Source: Macrostomum lignano (lineage: Eukaryota). Taken from it: DNA of 64,000 nt. Below, piece after piece: positions 24,001-35,437 of this stretch; position 1 is the stretch's first letter; each line of letters opens with the position of its first letter. The stretch lies in assembly GCA_002269645.1 (NCBI GenBank), contig NIVC01002566.1:1-64000 (forward strand), written 5' to 3'. The notes under the pieces are model-generated. The model saw only the letters and a list, made by a program, of their open reading frames with translations, did not search any database and was not told the origin of the DNA. The position numbers were made by a program, and so were the translations under genes.

Positions 24001-27000
24001 ATTCTTTTCACATCTGCATCAGGGGAATGAAAAATGTTCGCGACAGTGAAGATCGGGTGAGCGGAAGTTATGCTTTTTCAATTATTTAGCAGTTAAATTG
24101 CTTTTTATCTAGAGTCTTACGTTTTAAGTGCTTAAAAGAATTATAAAAAGAGCAAATGGCATAATACTACCATAGAGAAAATGTAAGGCTACATTCTGTA
24201 TCACGTGTTGGAAAAATCCGGCCGATAAAGCCTTTCCATCTGGCCTTTAAAACTTTTGTGTTCCTTACTACCAAGACCTTCTTAGTAATCAAGGAACAAT
24301 CACTTCTAGCTACTGCTAGGCAACCCAGTAATCAAATGAAGGTATTTATTACCTTGAGTCCTGACTAGTCGTACTCTTCCTGTGAGTTGATCTCGCAATA
24401 GGATTCAGTTAGATCAGTTGATCTGGCGCCTTACTTCTTGTTCTGGTCCGAGTCTTCTTTGTGCTCCTTGACTTCTTGCCGGCCGGTGTGGTATCTGTAG
24501 TTCGGACCAATAGGAAGCTTCGAATTAACTATGGGATCCCTGCGCCAATCTGCGGTTTCAATTAAGCCTTCTCCTTCTAGCAGTGCTTCAATGCACTCTA
24601 GGTATAGCTCCGGTAATCACTGATAGTCCTCTAAGATCCATCAGGGTAGCCTTCTGGAGACAACAACCAATGGAGTCTTAAAATAGACTCTAGAGTCTCA
24701 ACAGACTCAAACACAACAATAATAATAAGTCGACTCAAACAACGGGCGCAAATGAGTAAGGCTTACCGCAAGAACTCGACCGAGTCTCTGTAGGAAGTCT
24801 TCGTATTGCTTCCTCTTCGGAGCTTCTCCTTCTGGAGTCTTGTTGTTAGCTCCGGGTCGGCTTCGGACCACTTGTATTTATAGGCAAACGGACCCCTCGC
24901 GAGGTCGTCCATCACATTTTCGTAAATGTCAAAAGGTCGCGCTTTGGTGGCTGTCAAGCATGACAGGGTAGAAGGTTAAGCAACTGGTCTAGTGTAGCGC
25001 GCATGATTGGTTACCGTAGCTGGGTTAATTGGGGCTTTCTTTGATAGGTTCACCCGGTGCAGGCCGGATGATGAATCGCAGGTGGGGTTTAAACTTGACA
25101 ATTGTAGGTCACACGTGATTGGTCGGCTGCTAAAATAGCATGTTCGAATTTTCTTTCTTGTGATTGGTTGATTAAAATATATCTGTGATTCAGTACTTGT
25201 TATTATACATGCTACTTACTATACTACTGAATAAAACTTATAAGTAGTATTTTAACTGTTTTATGTCTTTTTTACGAGAGGTAGAAAACTCTACAAAACT
25301 TCACAGTAGCAACTCGGCCCGCTAAAGGTTTGTGTCGCTTTTAAGCTTTCTTCTCTCCCCGCTCTCTCTTTTTATCTCTCATCTCATCTATCTTGTTAAT
25401 CTCTATCTATTGAATTGTATTGTATTCTATCTATCTATTGATCTCTATCTATCTCTATCTCTTTCATTGAGTTGTATCTTTTACCTGACGTTTGAGCCAA
25501 GAAAGCTCGTCAAGCCCTGTCCAAGATATTACTTAAACACCGGTAGGGTTCAGAGTAGCCCCGAATCAGTGGAATCCTGGCGGAATCCTGCGTCTAAAGT
25601 ACGCCCTGTTTATGACCCACTACATGCCTGATAGCTAAAAACCAAGCCCGTTGTACACAACCCTGTACGAGTGTTGTGTTATCCTATGATAGTCATGGGT
25701 CAACAGGATGAACAGAGTTGCTTACATCCTCGCTACCTTGGTGTTGACTGTCGTCTTCTCGATTTTCAGCAATGCTATCCACCTCGAGAATGAACTAACT
25801 AGCAAACGACAACAATAACGGAGGTTTCAACATAGCTTATCTAAACAATATGAATTAGCTTTGTTAAAATCCTTGTTTTTAACATATTGCAGGCAATCAC
25901 TGCCGTGTTTCGGTACCTTGCCATGCTTCGAAAGCTTGGACCGCAAGAGTGGTTGTTCGAGGAAGCTCGCCTAGAAGGCCAAAAAGCCCTTGATGTCGGT
26001 CTAAACGACTGGGAATACTATCCATTTGTTCGCAGCAATATCTGCCTTCAGCGATATCCGATGCAGGACCTGCTGAGAGCGCATCGAGTGCCATGCGACT
26101 ACTCGCCAACAATAATATCCGAATTCTTGAATTTGCTGACTCCCGACAGATGCAAAGTGTACGTTTTCGAAGCTGGCGTCAACAAAAACTGTCCAAGTAA
26201 GTGCTTGAGTTAATACGGTACAGAAATATTTAGCTAAGTATTCAGACTTGAAGGGAACAGATGAATGAAACAGCATGTTTTTTACAAACTAGGAACCTTT
26301 AGCTTTTGTTAAAATCTTCATCTTTTTTAGATAAAAAGGTTAATATTGACACAGTTCACTCGTACAATGTATGTTGAGTGATCATGTCGATAATTTTGTG
26401 AAAGTGCACCAGGCTGCACTATTTTCAAGCACAAATATTTGAAAGTATAGTTAATGAGAAATCTAAGCGTCCACGTCCCCTCAAAAGGCTTCTTTCTAAA
26501 ATCATTCCTTATTATAGCGTAGACCACAGATACTATATAACTAGATAGGTCACTCCCTATCTCGCTGTGGGGACCAAAAATGATACTACTCTTAGGACGG
26601 TAGTGTAAATGCAAATTATAAGAAACATTCTTATCAGTGACTAAAACGAAATCGATCGGAAATGAAGTTTTCAACCATATGCACAATCTTCTACAGTGTA
26701 CATTCTTGACTCAAGGACTACTTAAGTAGAAGGACGCAAGACTCAGAATTGGTGAAAATTTCATTGATGGCCGATTTTTCAATGTATCTCCTGTGTACGC
26801 TATTGATCGTAAGATGCTTATTTTTGCGCAGAATAGGCAGCAACATATGCCCTTTCATTTAAGACATCAATAAGTTGAAAAATTCGGACTTGAAACACCT
26901 CAAAATTCTTGTCAGCAGTACAATCCTATATACTAAAAAATCATCTAAAATTGCTGATTTTATTGTCAAAATAAACAAGAAGAAAACGTCAAAACAGACG

Positions 27001-30000
27001 AAACTGCAAACTGGCAAGGTAGCAGAAACAGGAAGAAAGACGACCTAGCAGGCGACGACATCATCGGTGGCGTCCAATTCGTCGCCGAATTCTTAGTCGA
27101 GGGCGTCCAGATCCGCGGTTGACGCTCCAGGGCCGGCTTTTGTGATCTGACAACATTGAGCGGCGACGATGGCAGTGCCAGCTGCTGCTCGCGGGCGCGT
27201 TTGGCCACCGGCGGTGTCCGTGGTGACGACAATCGGGGTTGGAAGTCATCGTCGTCGTCGCCGAATAGTTCTCGTTTAATTCTGCTGCTGCTAATCGGCT
27301 GGCCCGGTGTCTATTCGTCACTGTCCGGGACCACGCTCGCAGTGATCATAACATCATTGTCGTCGTCGGCCGCCGCCGCCGGGCCAATAGAGCCGGGTCG
27401 CTGCGAGTCGGTCACTAGCAAAGATGCTATCTTCTGCTGCTGCTGCTTTTGGTGGTGCTGCTTCTGCCGCTCGGGCAATTCAGCAGCAGCTTCGGCAGCT
27501 TCAGCTTCGGCTGCTTCGGCAGCGGCAATCAGATCGTCAGCGTTAATCTCGTCGTCTTCGAAAAGATTGATGGCAGCCGCAGCATGCTCGCTGCAACCTC
27601 ACAGCTTAGCTGCTCCTCCAGAGCTGCCTGCCGCTCGGCTTCCTCACACGCCTTGATCAAGTCATCGACATCTTCGGTATCTTCGGCATCGTAGTTGTCC
27701 ATGTCGCACCAAATATTTAATTTTTTAATAGGAAAGTGCACTGAAAGAACTGAAACAGCAACAGCAGCGACTAAAGCGTTGTCTTGGTATCCTTTCTCCT
27801 ACTATATATATGACTGGGCACCGCTGTTAATTTTGTTGTCTATGGCTAAAAGACCCTTTTGCTTGACCAAGCAGAAGAAGAGAGAGCCATATCTATATAT
27901 ATATTTTTTAGGAAAAAGTGCTAGGCATCGCTGCGGCGCAGTGCTATTAATATGTTTTGTCTATGACACGAACTCGACAACTTGAATACTGCTTTACCAT
28001 GCACGCATGCAGAAAATGAATCTCTTCTAAACCTGCTTTATCATGCAGAGCCGCTTTACCAGAGCACACGTTTGCAAAATTGATTTTTTATTTTGGCTAT
28101 TTTTTACTACTAATGGCTGGTCCTAAGAGTAGTGTGAGAGTAAATTAACCGAATGACCTATCTAGTTATATAGTATCTGTGGCGTAGACCAACGATCATA
28201 TATACAGATATATCAAAGATCTATGGTGTAGACTTGTAAAACTTCGCAAAAGCGTCTTCTTATCCGAATTTTTTTGCTAACGTCCATCTGTATGTAGCTG
28301 TCTATGGCCAGTCCTGCCCACACTCCGGCGCGGTGCCGCACAGCGTCAAGAAGCTGGATCCCGACCTGCTGGCAGTCTGTAAAGCCGATTGGCCTTCACC
28401 AAGCATTGAATTCGACGCTGATCTGGGCTTTCCTCAGCCAACGCCTGTGGATTGCTTAGTAAGCTGGGTGCTTGTCTGAGGACTGAGGACTGATGACTGA
28501 GAACTTTTCGTCGATTAGTTAAAGCTATATAGATCACTTGTAGTATTTTAATCCTCCAACATGTTTTAGGCGGAGTCAGTGTCAATAAGTCAACAAGACG
28601 ACAGTTTGGCATTGTCGCGCATTGCTCGCCGTCATGACAAACTCCTAGCCTTGCCGTCATCTGACTGCTCATTCCACGTCATTGAGCTGACAAACGGTGT
28701 CCAAGCTATCCTGGCCAGTCGAAACAGTTTCGGAGGCCAGGAGAGTAACGAAAAATCGCTTGTGTGCGCCACCCTGGGCATTGGGAGACTACACGATCCG
28801 ACTGACTTTCGAGGCTTAGCAGAGCTGTGCCATCGCCTCACACTGGTTGGATCGAAATCGACGCCTCAAACATTCGATGGCTTGAACGACCTGCTGCTAG
28901 ACAATAGTTGTGAAGAGAATGTTGAATATGCCATGGGGGTACACGATGACCAATCGGTGTACAAGTTTACTGTTCCAGCGAGTCTAATTCCGGAAAGCCT
29001 GTTTCGCCTAGGCTGTGGATTGGTCAATCCCGAAATTAACAACGAAAGCGTCGAACGCGAGCTGCTGTCTGGTCAGTTCAGGCGCCAGATTCTAGCCCAG
29101 GACTGGTTGGAGCGCTGCTCGGGAAATCTCACTCATCCCTACAACCGAATGGCGAAAGGTGCCCAGAAAACGATTAGATCCTACACATCCGAGGAAATAA
29201 AAACTCGCTTGATTGCATTTTTCAATGAAAACTACTCTGCGAACTTGTTGAAGCTGGCTATAGTGGACAGCAGGTCTCTTGACGAGTTGGAGGTTAGTTA
29301 GCGAGCCGTATAAAATATCGATCCTATTGGAAGTAGGCACACTAATACTCGCAAGTTAATAACGAAGCCTTCAGATATGCGTGGTTTAATAACTTTGTAC
29401 TCATTGCAGAAACTGGTGGCAGCTCATTTTGGAAGCATGCGGAATTTGTCAATCAACCAGTTGAAGATTTCAACGCATCCGTACGAAGGAACATTGATAG
29501 GCGTAAAGGTAGGTGCTTCAGACTTTATGTGTGTATTTTTGTGTACGTTTAATAGCAGCAGACAAGGAGTATACGACCCGTAGACTCGCAAATTAGAATG
29601 TCACTTTAGAGAGCGCACTTCTTGTTCAGCTTGGTTCCCCGACCAGAAGTAGAACCCGAGGACGCTCTAACCTATGAGCCCCTGCCTAAAATTACACAAT
29701 AGCTTACATTGGTTCCCGACCACAAAAGTAGAACCCGAGGACGCTCTAACCTATGAACCCCTGCCTAAAATTACACAATACACTTAACTAATCTAGGTTC
29801 GCAGCAACTGTCTGAGTTTAGGTCGAAAACTTTACATGGTTTTCCCCTTGCCGGAGCAAACAAAACTGCACTTGACTTCGCCGGACATGCTCGTGAGCTA
29901 CTTGATCAACAACCGGTGCAAGGGGAGCATTAGCGACTGTCTCGAGCGGCGTCATTTAAGTACAAACGTGTTTGGACAACTGGTCAACAGAGGTTCTGTA

Positions 30001-33000
30001 GGCTTCGACTCCTACTGCGTGACTGTTTTCCACCAGAATAAAGAGTTGGAGATGGCAGAGAGTGAGAACAAGGTGTGTACGAATAGCGATTTACATGCGT
30101 TTTATTGTTGCGTATATCACACGCTGTTCTTTCTAGAGAAGTCGTGCGTCGGACGCATTCATGTCACTCACGACTTGAAGGTCGGGGTTTGATTCCCGAT
30201 CATACTGGAACAATTTTTGTCTTTTAGCAAGACACTTAACTCTGCATTGTTTCAAGTTCACCCAGCTGTAAAATGGGTGCCAGCATTAGGAGGAGCAATT
30301 AGGGGTGGTGTGTTGCGATCCCAAAGTTCTTGGACTGAACAGCCGTACGCAGCCTTCGGATGCGCCGCCCAATAGCTTCGGCTGAGCTGTCGGTTGCACA
30401 TCTAGCCCAATTAGGGAAGGTTTAATGAATTATTATGTTTTTATCCTCTTTAAGAAGAATCTGACTGTAAAAAAGTTTTCACAATGATCGACAACCTTCA
30501 ATAAACTTCAATAAAAATCAGACGTACGCGTCTATTGGTTAAAATACCTTTTAAAAAATTTCACTATCGCAAGCTTTTAAGCTCATATTTTACAGACTCA
30601 GTAAAATACCACACTTATCTTCAGATAATCACAATAGTATTTCGCTATCTCGCAATGCTGCGCCAAATTGGTCCACTGGAGTGGCTCTACAACACTTTCC
30701 GCGTAGAAAGACGCAAGGGTCAGACATTTGACGACGAAAATTCTTCTACTGGGCCTCGTTGGAAGCTGAACCCGTTGCAGTACTACTGCGACCAGCTGCT
30801 AGAGTGCCACATGCAGCGCTACCCTCTCGAGAGCTTGTTCACTGCTCGGTACGCGTTGCCTGAATACTCGCCTCGGGCCATTACTGACTTCCTGGAATTT
30901 TTGAAACCCGATAATTGCAAGGTGTTCGTTTCGGGCTTGGGCACAGACGAGTCTCATATGTGCACCTTTCTGTGTAAGTTGTCCTTTAATCTACAAAATG
31001 GTTACTAATTAAGTATCGGATAATTTAAAATCACTTATGACGTGATCTTCTTCGTTAGATTACTGATTATTCGATCCTTTCACCCGCAGCTCCTGATGGC
31101 AAGCTCTGCTGCGAGCCGGATGGCCCAAATTTCTGCAGTATGGAAAAGCTCAAACCGGAACTGATTGCCACCTGCTCAGCTGCTTGGCCTTCTTCATCGT
31201 GCGAGTTCGATACCGAGCTGAAGCTGCCAAAACAGAATCTGTTTTTGTGCTCCGATTTTAGTCTGAGGCCCGACGAGACAACTGATCAGGTCGGTATAGA
31301 TTCCTTGCGGAGCGGTGATGCGGTGGTCCAGACCTGTGTTAGGGTAGGTTAGGTTAGGGTAGTCGGATAGCTATAATTTTAAGAGAAGCTTTTCGTGCTG
31401 CAGCTAATCAAGTCGACCGTTGAATCGCAGACAGAGTGGAAGCACACGCTCACACATGGTGTACAATGCCTATGACTTCATGGCTGAATATGAATTGCAA
31501 GAATTGTACGGAGGAGTAGTTGCGTTATTGTGTCGACCTTTTTTTGATTTCAGCAACCACCAGGACTGCGGCTGCTACGATTCGAAGCCGGGCCGCACAC
31601 ACCAGCCGCTCGCTTTTGGTTCCAGCAGGATAACAGGCTCCAGACTCCGATTGTCTTCATCTCAGTCGATTTGGTGACTTCGCCTGAGCCGCTTGTGACC
31701 GACTGCGCCTCGTCCGTCATGCTGGATATTTTTGTCGTGCTCCTAGTCGACCAGCTCAACAGCCTTGAAAGCCAAGCCAAGCAGGTTGATCTACGTTTAA
31801 AAGTGTCGCGCAGCAAACAGGGCATTCAGGTGTGCTGCAGCGGCTACAGGCAGCCCCTGCCAAGTCTTGTGGCTGCCGCTCTGAGTCGGATTTTTGAGCT
31901 GAAGATTACGGAACATGCATTTCGTAAGGTAAGCTGTGCACAGTGTCTAACTAGAATTTTCCCGCCGACGAATATTTCCTGACGAGTTTGGCCTTGGGGA
32001 TTCTTCTTAACTGCTCTGAACATATTTTTATAAGAGGCCAGCTGTTGAGGGGGCGCCAGCTACAGAGGGGACGTCAGCTACAGAGGGGACGCCAGCTACA
32101 GAGGGGACGCCAGCTACAGAGGGGACGCCAGCTACATTGGGATGCATTAATTGCCTACATGGATCATCGGCTCAGCAAATATAAATTAATGGGTTATCAA
32201 TCTCCTCATTGTTTCAGGCTCGACGGAAAATATCTGCCCTGGAGGCGCAGAAAACGCACAAAACGGACTTGTGCAAGTCGCAGCTTGCTATGCTACTAAA
32301 TAGCGCCTGCTCTTGGCACTGGTCGTATCAGGATAAAAGAGTCGCTATTAACGGTATGTTTGCTAATATCTAAATATTCAATACAAAAATTCCAGACGAA
32401 CTCTCTTCTCTACAAACCTTCACTTCAGAAACAACTCTGGAGAACTTCATGATATTTGTCCAGCGATTCAGCAGTCAGATTCAGCTATCGTCGCAACCGC
32501 AACGTCTGGTCAGCGAGGACGAGGACGAAGAGGACAAACGAACTGACGCGGCTGTTGCCGTCATGAGCCTTTGGTCACGAATCTCCCTAGCCGAGGACGA
32601 AGAAGTCGTAGAGGAGAGCTCCGCGCTGCAGCAGACACTTCAGGAGGAGCAAGACCAGCAGCAGAAGCAGCAGATTCCGCGCCAACTGTTTGCCGAGATT
32701 CTCGTTTATGGCAACGCTACAGCTAAAGATGCTGAAGCAGCCAGTCAAATCATTTTGAACGCGCTGCCATCACCGACTCAGCGTACCACTGAGACAACAT
32801 TTGAAGCAGTGAGGCGTCGAGTGTATCTACTCCCCAGCGGCAGCCATCACGTGCTCCAGCTGACAATATCTGCTAATTATCAGAGGAAATCAGGGTGCGC
32901 TGTAGTACTTCAGGTGCCAAAACCGGTGCCAACTGCCGACACAAATATGGGCTTTGAAGACGCGATTAGACAAGACTGCTTGTTTTATCTGCTAATCGAG

Positions 33001-34184
33001 GTTTTGCAATGCCGCGGCGAGATGATCAATGACCCGTTGGATCGAGCTATAAAGATACTAATACAGAGAAATTATCACGCCTATGTTGTTACTTTTGACG
33101 TTGTGGATTCACAGCACCCGACAAAGGTAGGCCGATATGTGAGAGTAGTGAATGAACAATGTCACTGAACCGAAAGGGTAGGCTGATGTGTGAGAGTAGT
33201 GAATGAACAATGTCACTGAACCGAAAGGGTAGGCCGATGTGTGAGAGTAGTGAATGAACAATGTCACTGAACCGAAAGGGTAGGCCGATGTGTGAGAGTA
33301 GTGAATGAACAATGTCACTGAACCGAAAGGGTAGGCCGATGTGTGAGAGTAGTGAATGAACAATGTCACTGAACCGAAAGGGTAGGCCGATGTGTGAGAG
33401 TAGTAAATGAACAATGTCACTGAACCGAAAGGGTAGGCCGATGTGTGAGAGTAGTGAATGAACAATGTCACTGGATCGAATCAGCTGCTTGTTTCCTATC
33501 GCTCTTTTTTTCCAGATTGAAGAACAAGTGGAAAATTATATCGAAAAAATTGGAGATTACATTTCCTCTCTGTCAGAGGAGTCATTCCTATACTGCTTAT
33601 CAAGCATGGAGAAGTCGATGCGCAAAGAAATTCCTACTACTGTCCAGGAGCAGCACGATTCCCATTGGCGCAGCATCACTCACGGTGTACTGCGCTTCGA
33701 CCGGGACGCAAATTTGGCCAAGTGTTTAGACGCAGTGGTTGGAGGCATCAAGAAGGATTGTCTGCTTGAACTATGGCGGGTAAGTAGCAAAGTACCAGTT
33801 TTTTTACCAGCGTTTATCAGATTCAACTTGAACTCAAGTTGGAGCTTATATAATTAGTCTTGTATAATATATACCGTTCGCGCCGCTTCCAGTCCTGCTT
33901 AAAGCGGGGATCTCCGAACCGGCGCAAGCTGTGCATCCATCGAATCTCCAGGGCGGCTTTCCCCGACGGCATCAGCGAGGCTGACTACGCTGATTACCCG
34001 GTGAGTCCTGAAGCCATACGCACTTGTTGACTCTTGTAGCGTTGGATGCGTTCTCCTTAATTAATTCTCTAAAAAAATCTATTTCCAGGGAACCATCATA
34101 CGTAACAGAAATCTTTTCAAGCAAAGCCTGCTGCTAAGTCCCTTGCCATCGGTGCAGAATTTGCGTCCGAATTCTGATGTCTAA
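18002..34184 (+). CDS. Gene A: insulysin/IDE-like M16A pseudo-peptidase with a duplicated N-half (N1-N2-C), ~1,700 aa, 17 exons; one frameshift in exon 4
   Basis: Exons: 18002-18607, 19900-20196, 20407-20505, 23785-24056 (272 nt, frameshift at an A-run ~23905), 25893-26196, 28298-28458, 28570-29292, 29410-29508, 29797-30072, 30625-30973, 31090-31289, 31554-31928, 32218-32353, 32396-33126, 33516-33779, 33893-34000, 34089-34184. All junctions are GT-AG with consistent phases. IDE landmarks: ELPNG/ELTNG, GxGRLHxP, HPxNR, YSAxLL, HPY, VFRYLAMLRKLGPQEWLF, RYP, FWFQQD, VYGNA, RRKLCIH, FKQSL. Confidence 0.85.
18644..18882 (+). mobile_element. tRNA-headed SINE (A box tggttagagc, B box ggttcgattc) with a Meta-SINE-like central core
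   Basis: The head, tgtgtccttgaccaagacactt core and 3' tail are shared with six other copies in the window. Confidence 0.85.
19567..19790 (-). mobile_element. SINE copy, same family
   Basis: Reverse complement of the 18644 element. Confidence 0.8.
20704..22912. mobile_element. Foldback/MITE-type DNA element with 391-bp TIRs and a TA target duplication
   Basis: Left arm 20704-21094. Right arm 21293-21579 plus 22809-22912 (391 bp in total, split by an insertion). Ends CACCATTTTACCC…GGGTAAAATGGTG are flanked by TA inside a 15-bp minisatellite. Confidence 0.9.
21580..22808 (-). mobile_element. Internally deleted Crypton-like tyrosine recombinase element
   Basis: It interrupts the right TIR of the foldback element. 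ORF 22583-21774 has QCVRATVITELHDAGF…IAKVTGHKRGASVERY (YR C-terminal RHRY-type residues) fused directly to an N-terminal STIAKELASVGRFEKFL segment. attcttatttgattc (21579) is inverted at 22687, and there is a gtgcgc-ttc-gcgcac hairpin near the end. Confidence 0.75.
22913..23520. repeat. 15-bp minisatellite (gctaaagcccctggt), ~40 copies, with 2 further units at 20675-20703
   Basis: Read directly; the VLKPL and GFSTR ORFs are by-products. Confidence 0.95.
24206..25832 (-). mobile_element. Probable solo LTR (~1.6 kb)
   Basis: Bounded by TGTTG…CAACA. On the minus strand there is TATAAATA at 24875-24882 and AATAAA at 24345-24350, ~140 nt before the end. No matching TSD was seen. Confidence 0.5.
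26990..27706 (-). pseudogene. Decayed acidic/Ala/Gln-rich coding-like fragment in intron 5 of gene A
   Basis: MDNYDAEDTEDVDDLIKACEEAE… continues across frameshifts and stops (FEDDEINADDLIAAAEAAE…, ELFGDDDDFQP). It is GC-rich relative to its flanks, with no recognisable domain. Confidence 0.4.
29627..29781. repeat. ~80-bp tandem duplication in an intron
   Basis: aagtagaacccgaggacgctctaacctatga(g/a)cccctgcctaaaattacacaata occurs twice. Confidence 0.8.
30146..30416 (+). mobile_element. SINE copy, same family
   Basis: cacgacttgaaggtcgggg…cacccagctgtaaaatgggtgccagc…gctgagctgtcggttgcacatc. Confidence 0.85.
32046..32135. repeat. 18-bp minisatellite (gaggggacgccagctaca), ~5 copies
   Basis: Read directly. 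Confidence 0.85.
33122..33472. repeat. 51-bp tandem repeat, ~7 copies, spanning the exon 14 splice donor of gene A
   Basis: Unit aaagggtaggccgatgtgtgagagtagtgaatgaacaatgtcactgaaccg. The first copy contains the real donor AAG|gtaggc at 33126/33127. Confidence 0.9.
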
Positions 34185-35437
34185 GCGAGACGCCATCGAG
34201 TTTCTTGGAATTTTGAATTTGCAGCAACAAATAAACTGGACTCAGTTCAACCTCAAAAAAATATCTGTAGTTATACACTCTAATATTTACCGATGCAAGC
34301 AGCCTAACATGCACTAACAACTTTGTCAATGTTTTATATGAGAATGGTTTTGCTCAAGAAAGCTCTGGTTTTCGGTTTCCCTTGGTGTACTTACTTGTGC
34401 AGAAGACTAGCAAAGACCAATTATCAGATGGTAAAAGAATAAAATCTATTTGTTCATTTTTTACATAAAATACGCTCGTAGCCTTCGTTCACGGTGTAAA
34501 ATTATTTTGACGATTTTTTTTACAAATTTTGCTTTTTAAATCATTTTGTAACACAAAGATCCGTTAGAAGCTCCCCAGAAACGCCAGATCGTCAGTTAAA
34601 AAACTGAATTTAAGTATTCATGCTCATAACTAGCATCTGCAAAGTTATAGATACACAGATACTAGCATCGTAGATAGGACAGTACACCACATGTAGATGT
34701 AGAAGTGTTTGGTCTTACTCTAACGATCACCAAAGGAAAGGTTGTTAAATTTTTTGTTCTATAATGTTGCCGATCCTCGTGGACATAAAGAGATGAATAA
34801 ACTCCTATGTCTGCGCCAACAGGTCAACTCAACAGTGTCCAATGCTCTTTGTCGTATGGGTATTAAACAAGCCAAGCAAAAACTAAAATAATAATGAAGC
34901 CAAACAGTAGCCTGTAGCTGTAGTACTCTTCTCTTGACTTAACTGAATCAACTGCTGTAGAGGACGCAATGTGAAGATGAGAGCGAAAGGCGAAAGGTTG
35001 GCTTTCCTCGATTATTTTGTTGCTCCCTGTTTAGTGCTGTGAAGGCAGCAGGTAACAATTAAGGTAATTTGAGCGTAAATGCAAGGTTTAAATTTATTTT
35101 ATTCTGAATACGTCATAAACTGCTGTTGAGCATGCAGCTCTAGTTCAAGAAAAAATCGGAGAGAAGTTTTCATTAGTCGCGTTATATCCTATCAAAACTG
35201 TACAAAGGTCTAGTTTAATACTAGGTCAGTTTGGTGATAGATGTTTAATAAATTCTGTTGAAGCTAAAAACCATAACTCAACATTCTCGATGTCTCCTAA
35301 CCAACAAACATCTACTTGTGGTCCGAAGGGACAGCAATACACTATTTTTCCACCTTGATATGATTGTCTATGGGCATAACTTGAAAAAACCGCATAGTCT
35401 TTCAATTCTTGCATAGCTTCAATTCTCAGAGCTCAAA

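Noticed and set aside
28579-29301. Independent IDE gene starts at 28579 and 40882
   Set aside because: The ORF-track starts are GTG/TTG, not ATG, and each is preceded by an in-frame phase-0 acceptor matching an upstream donor.
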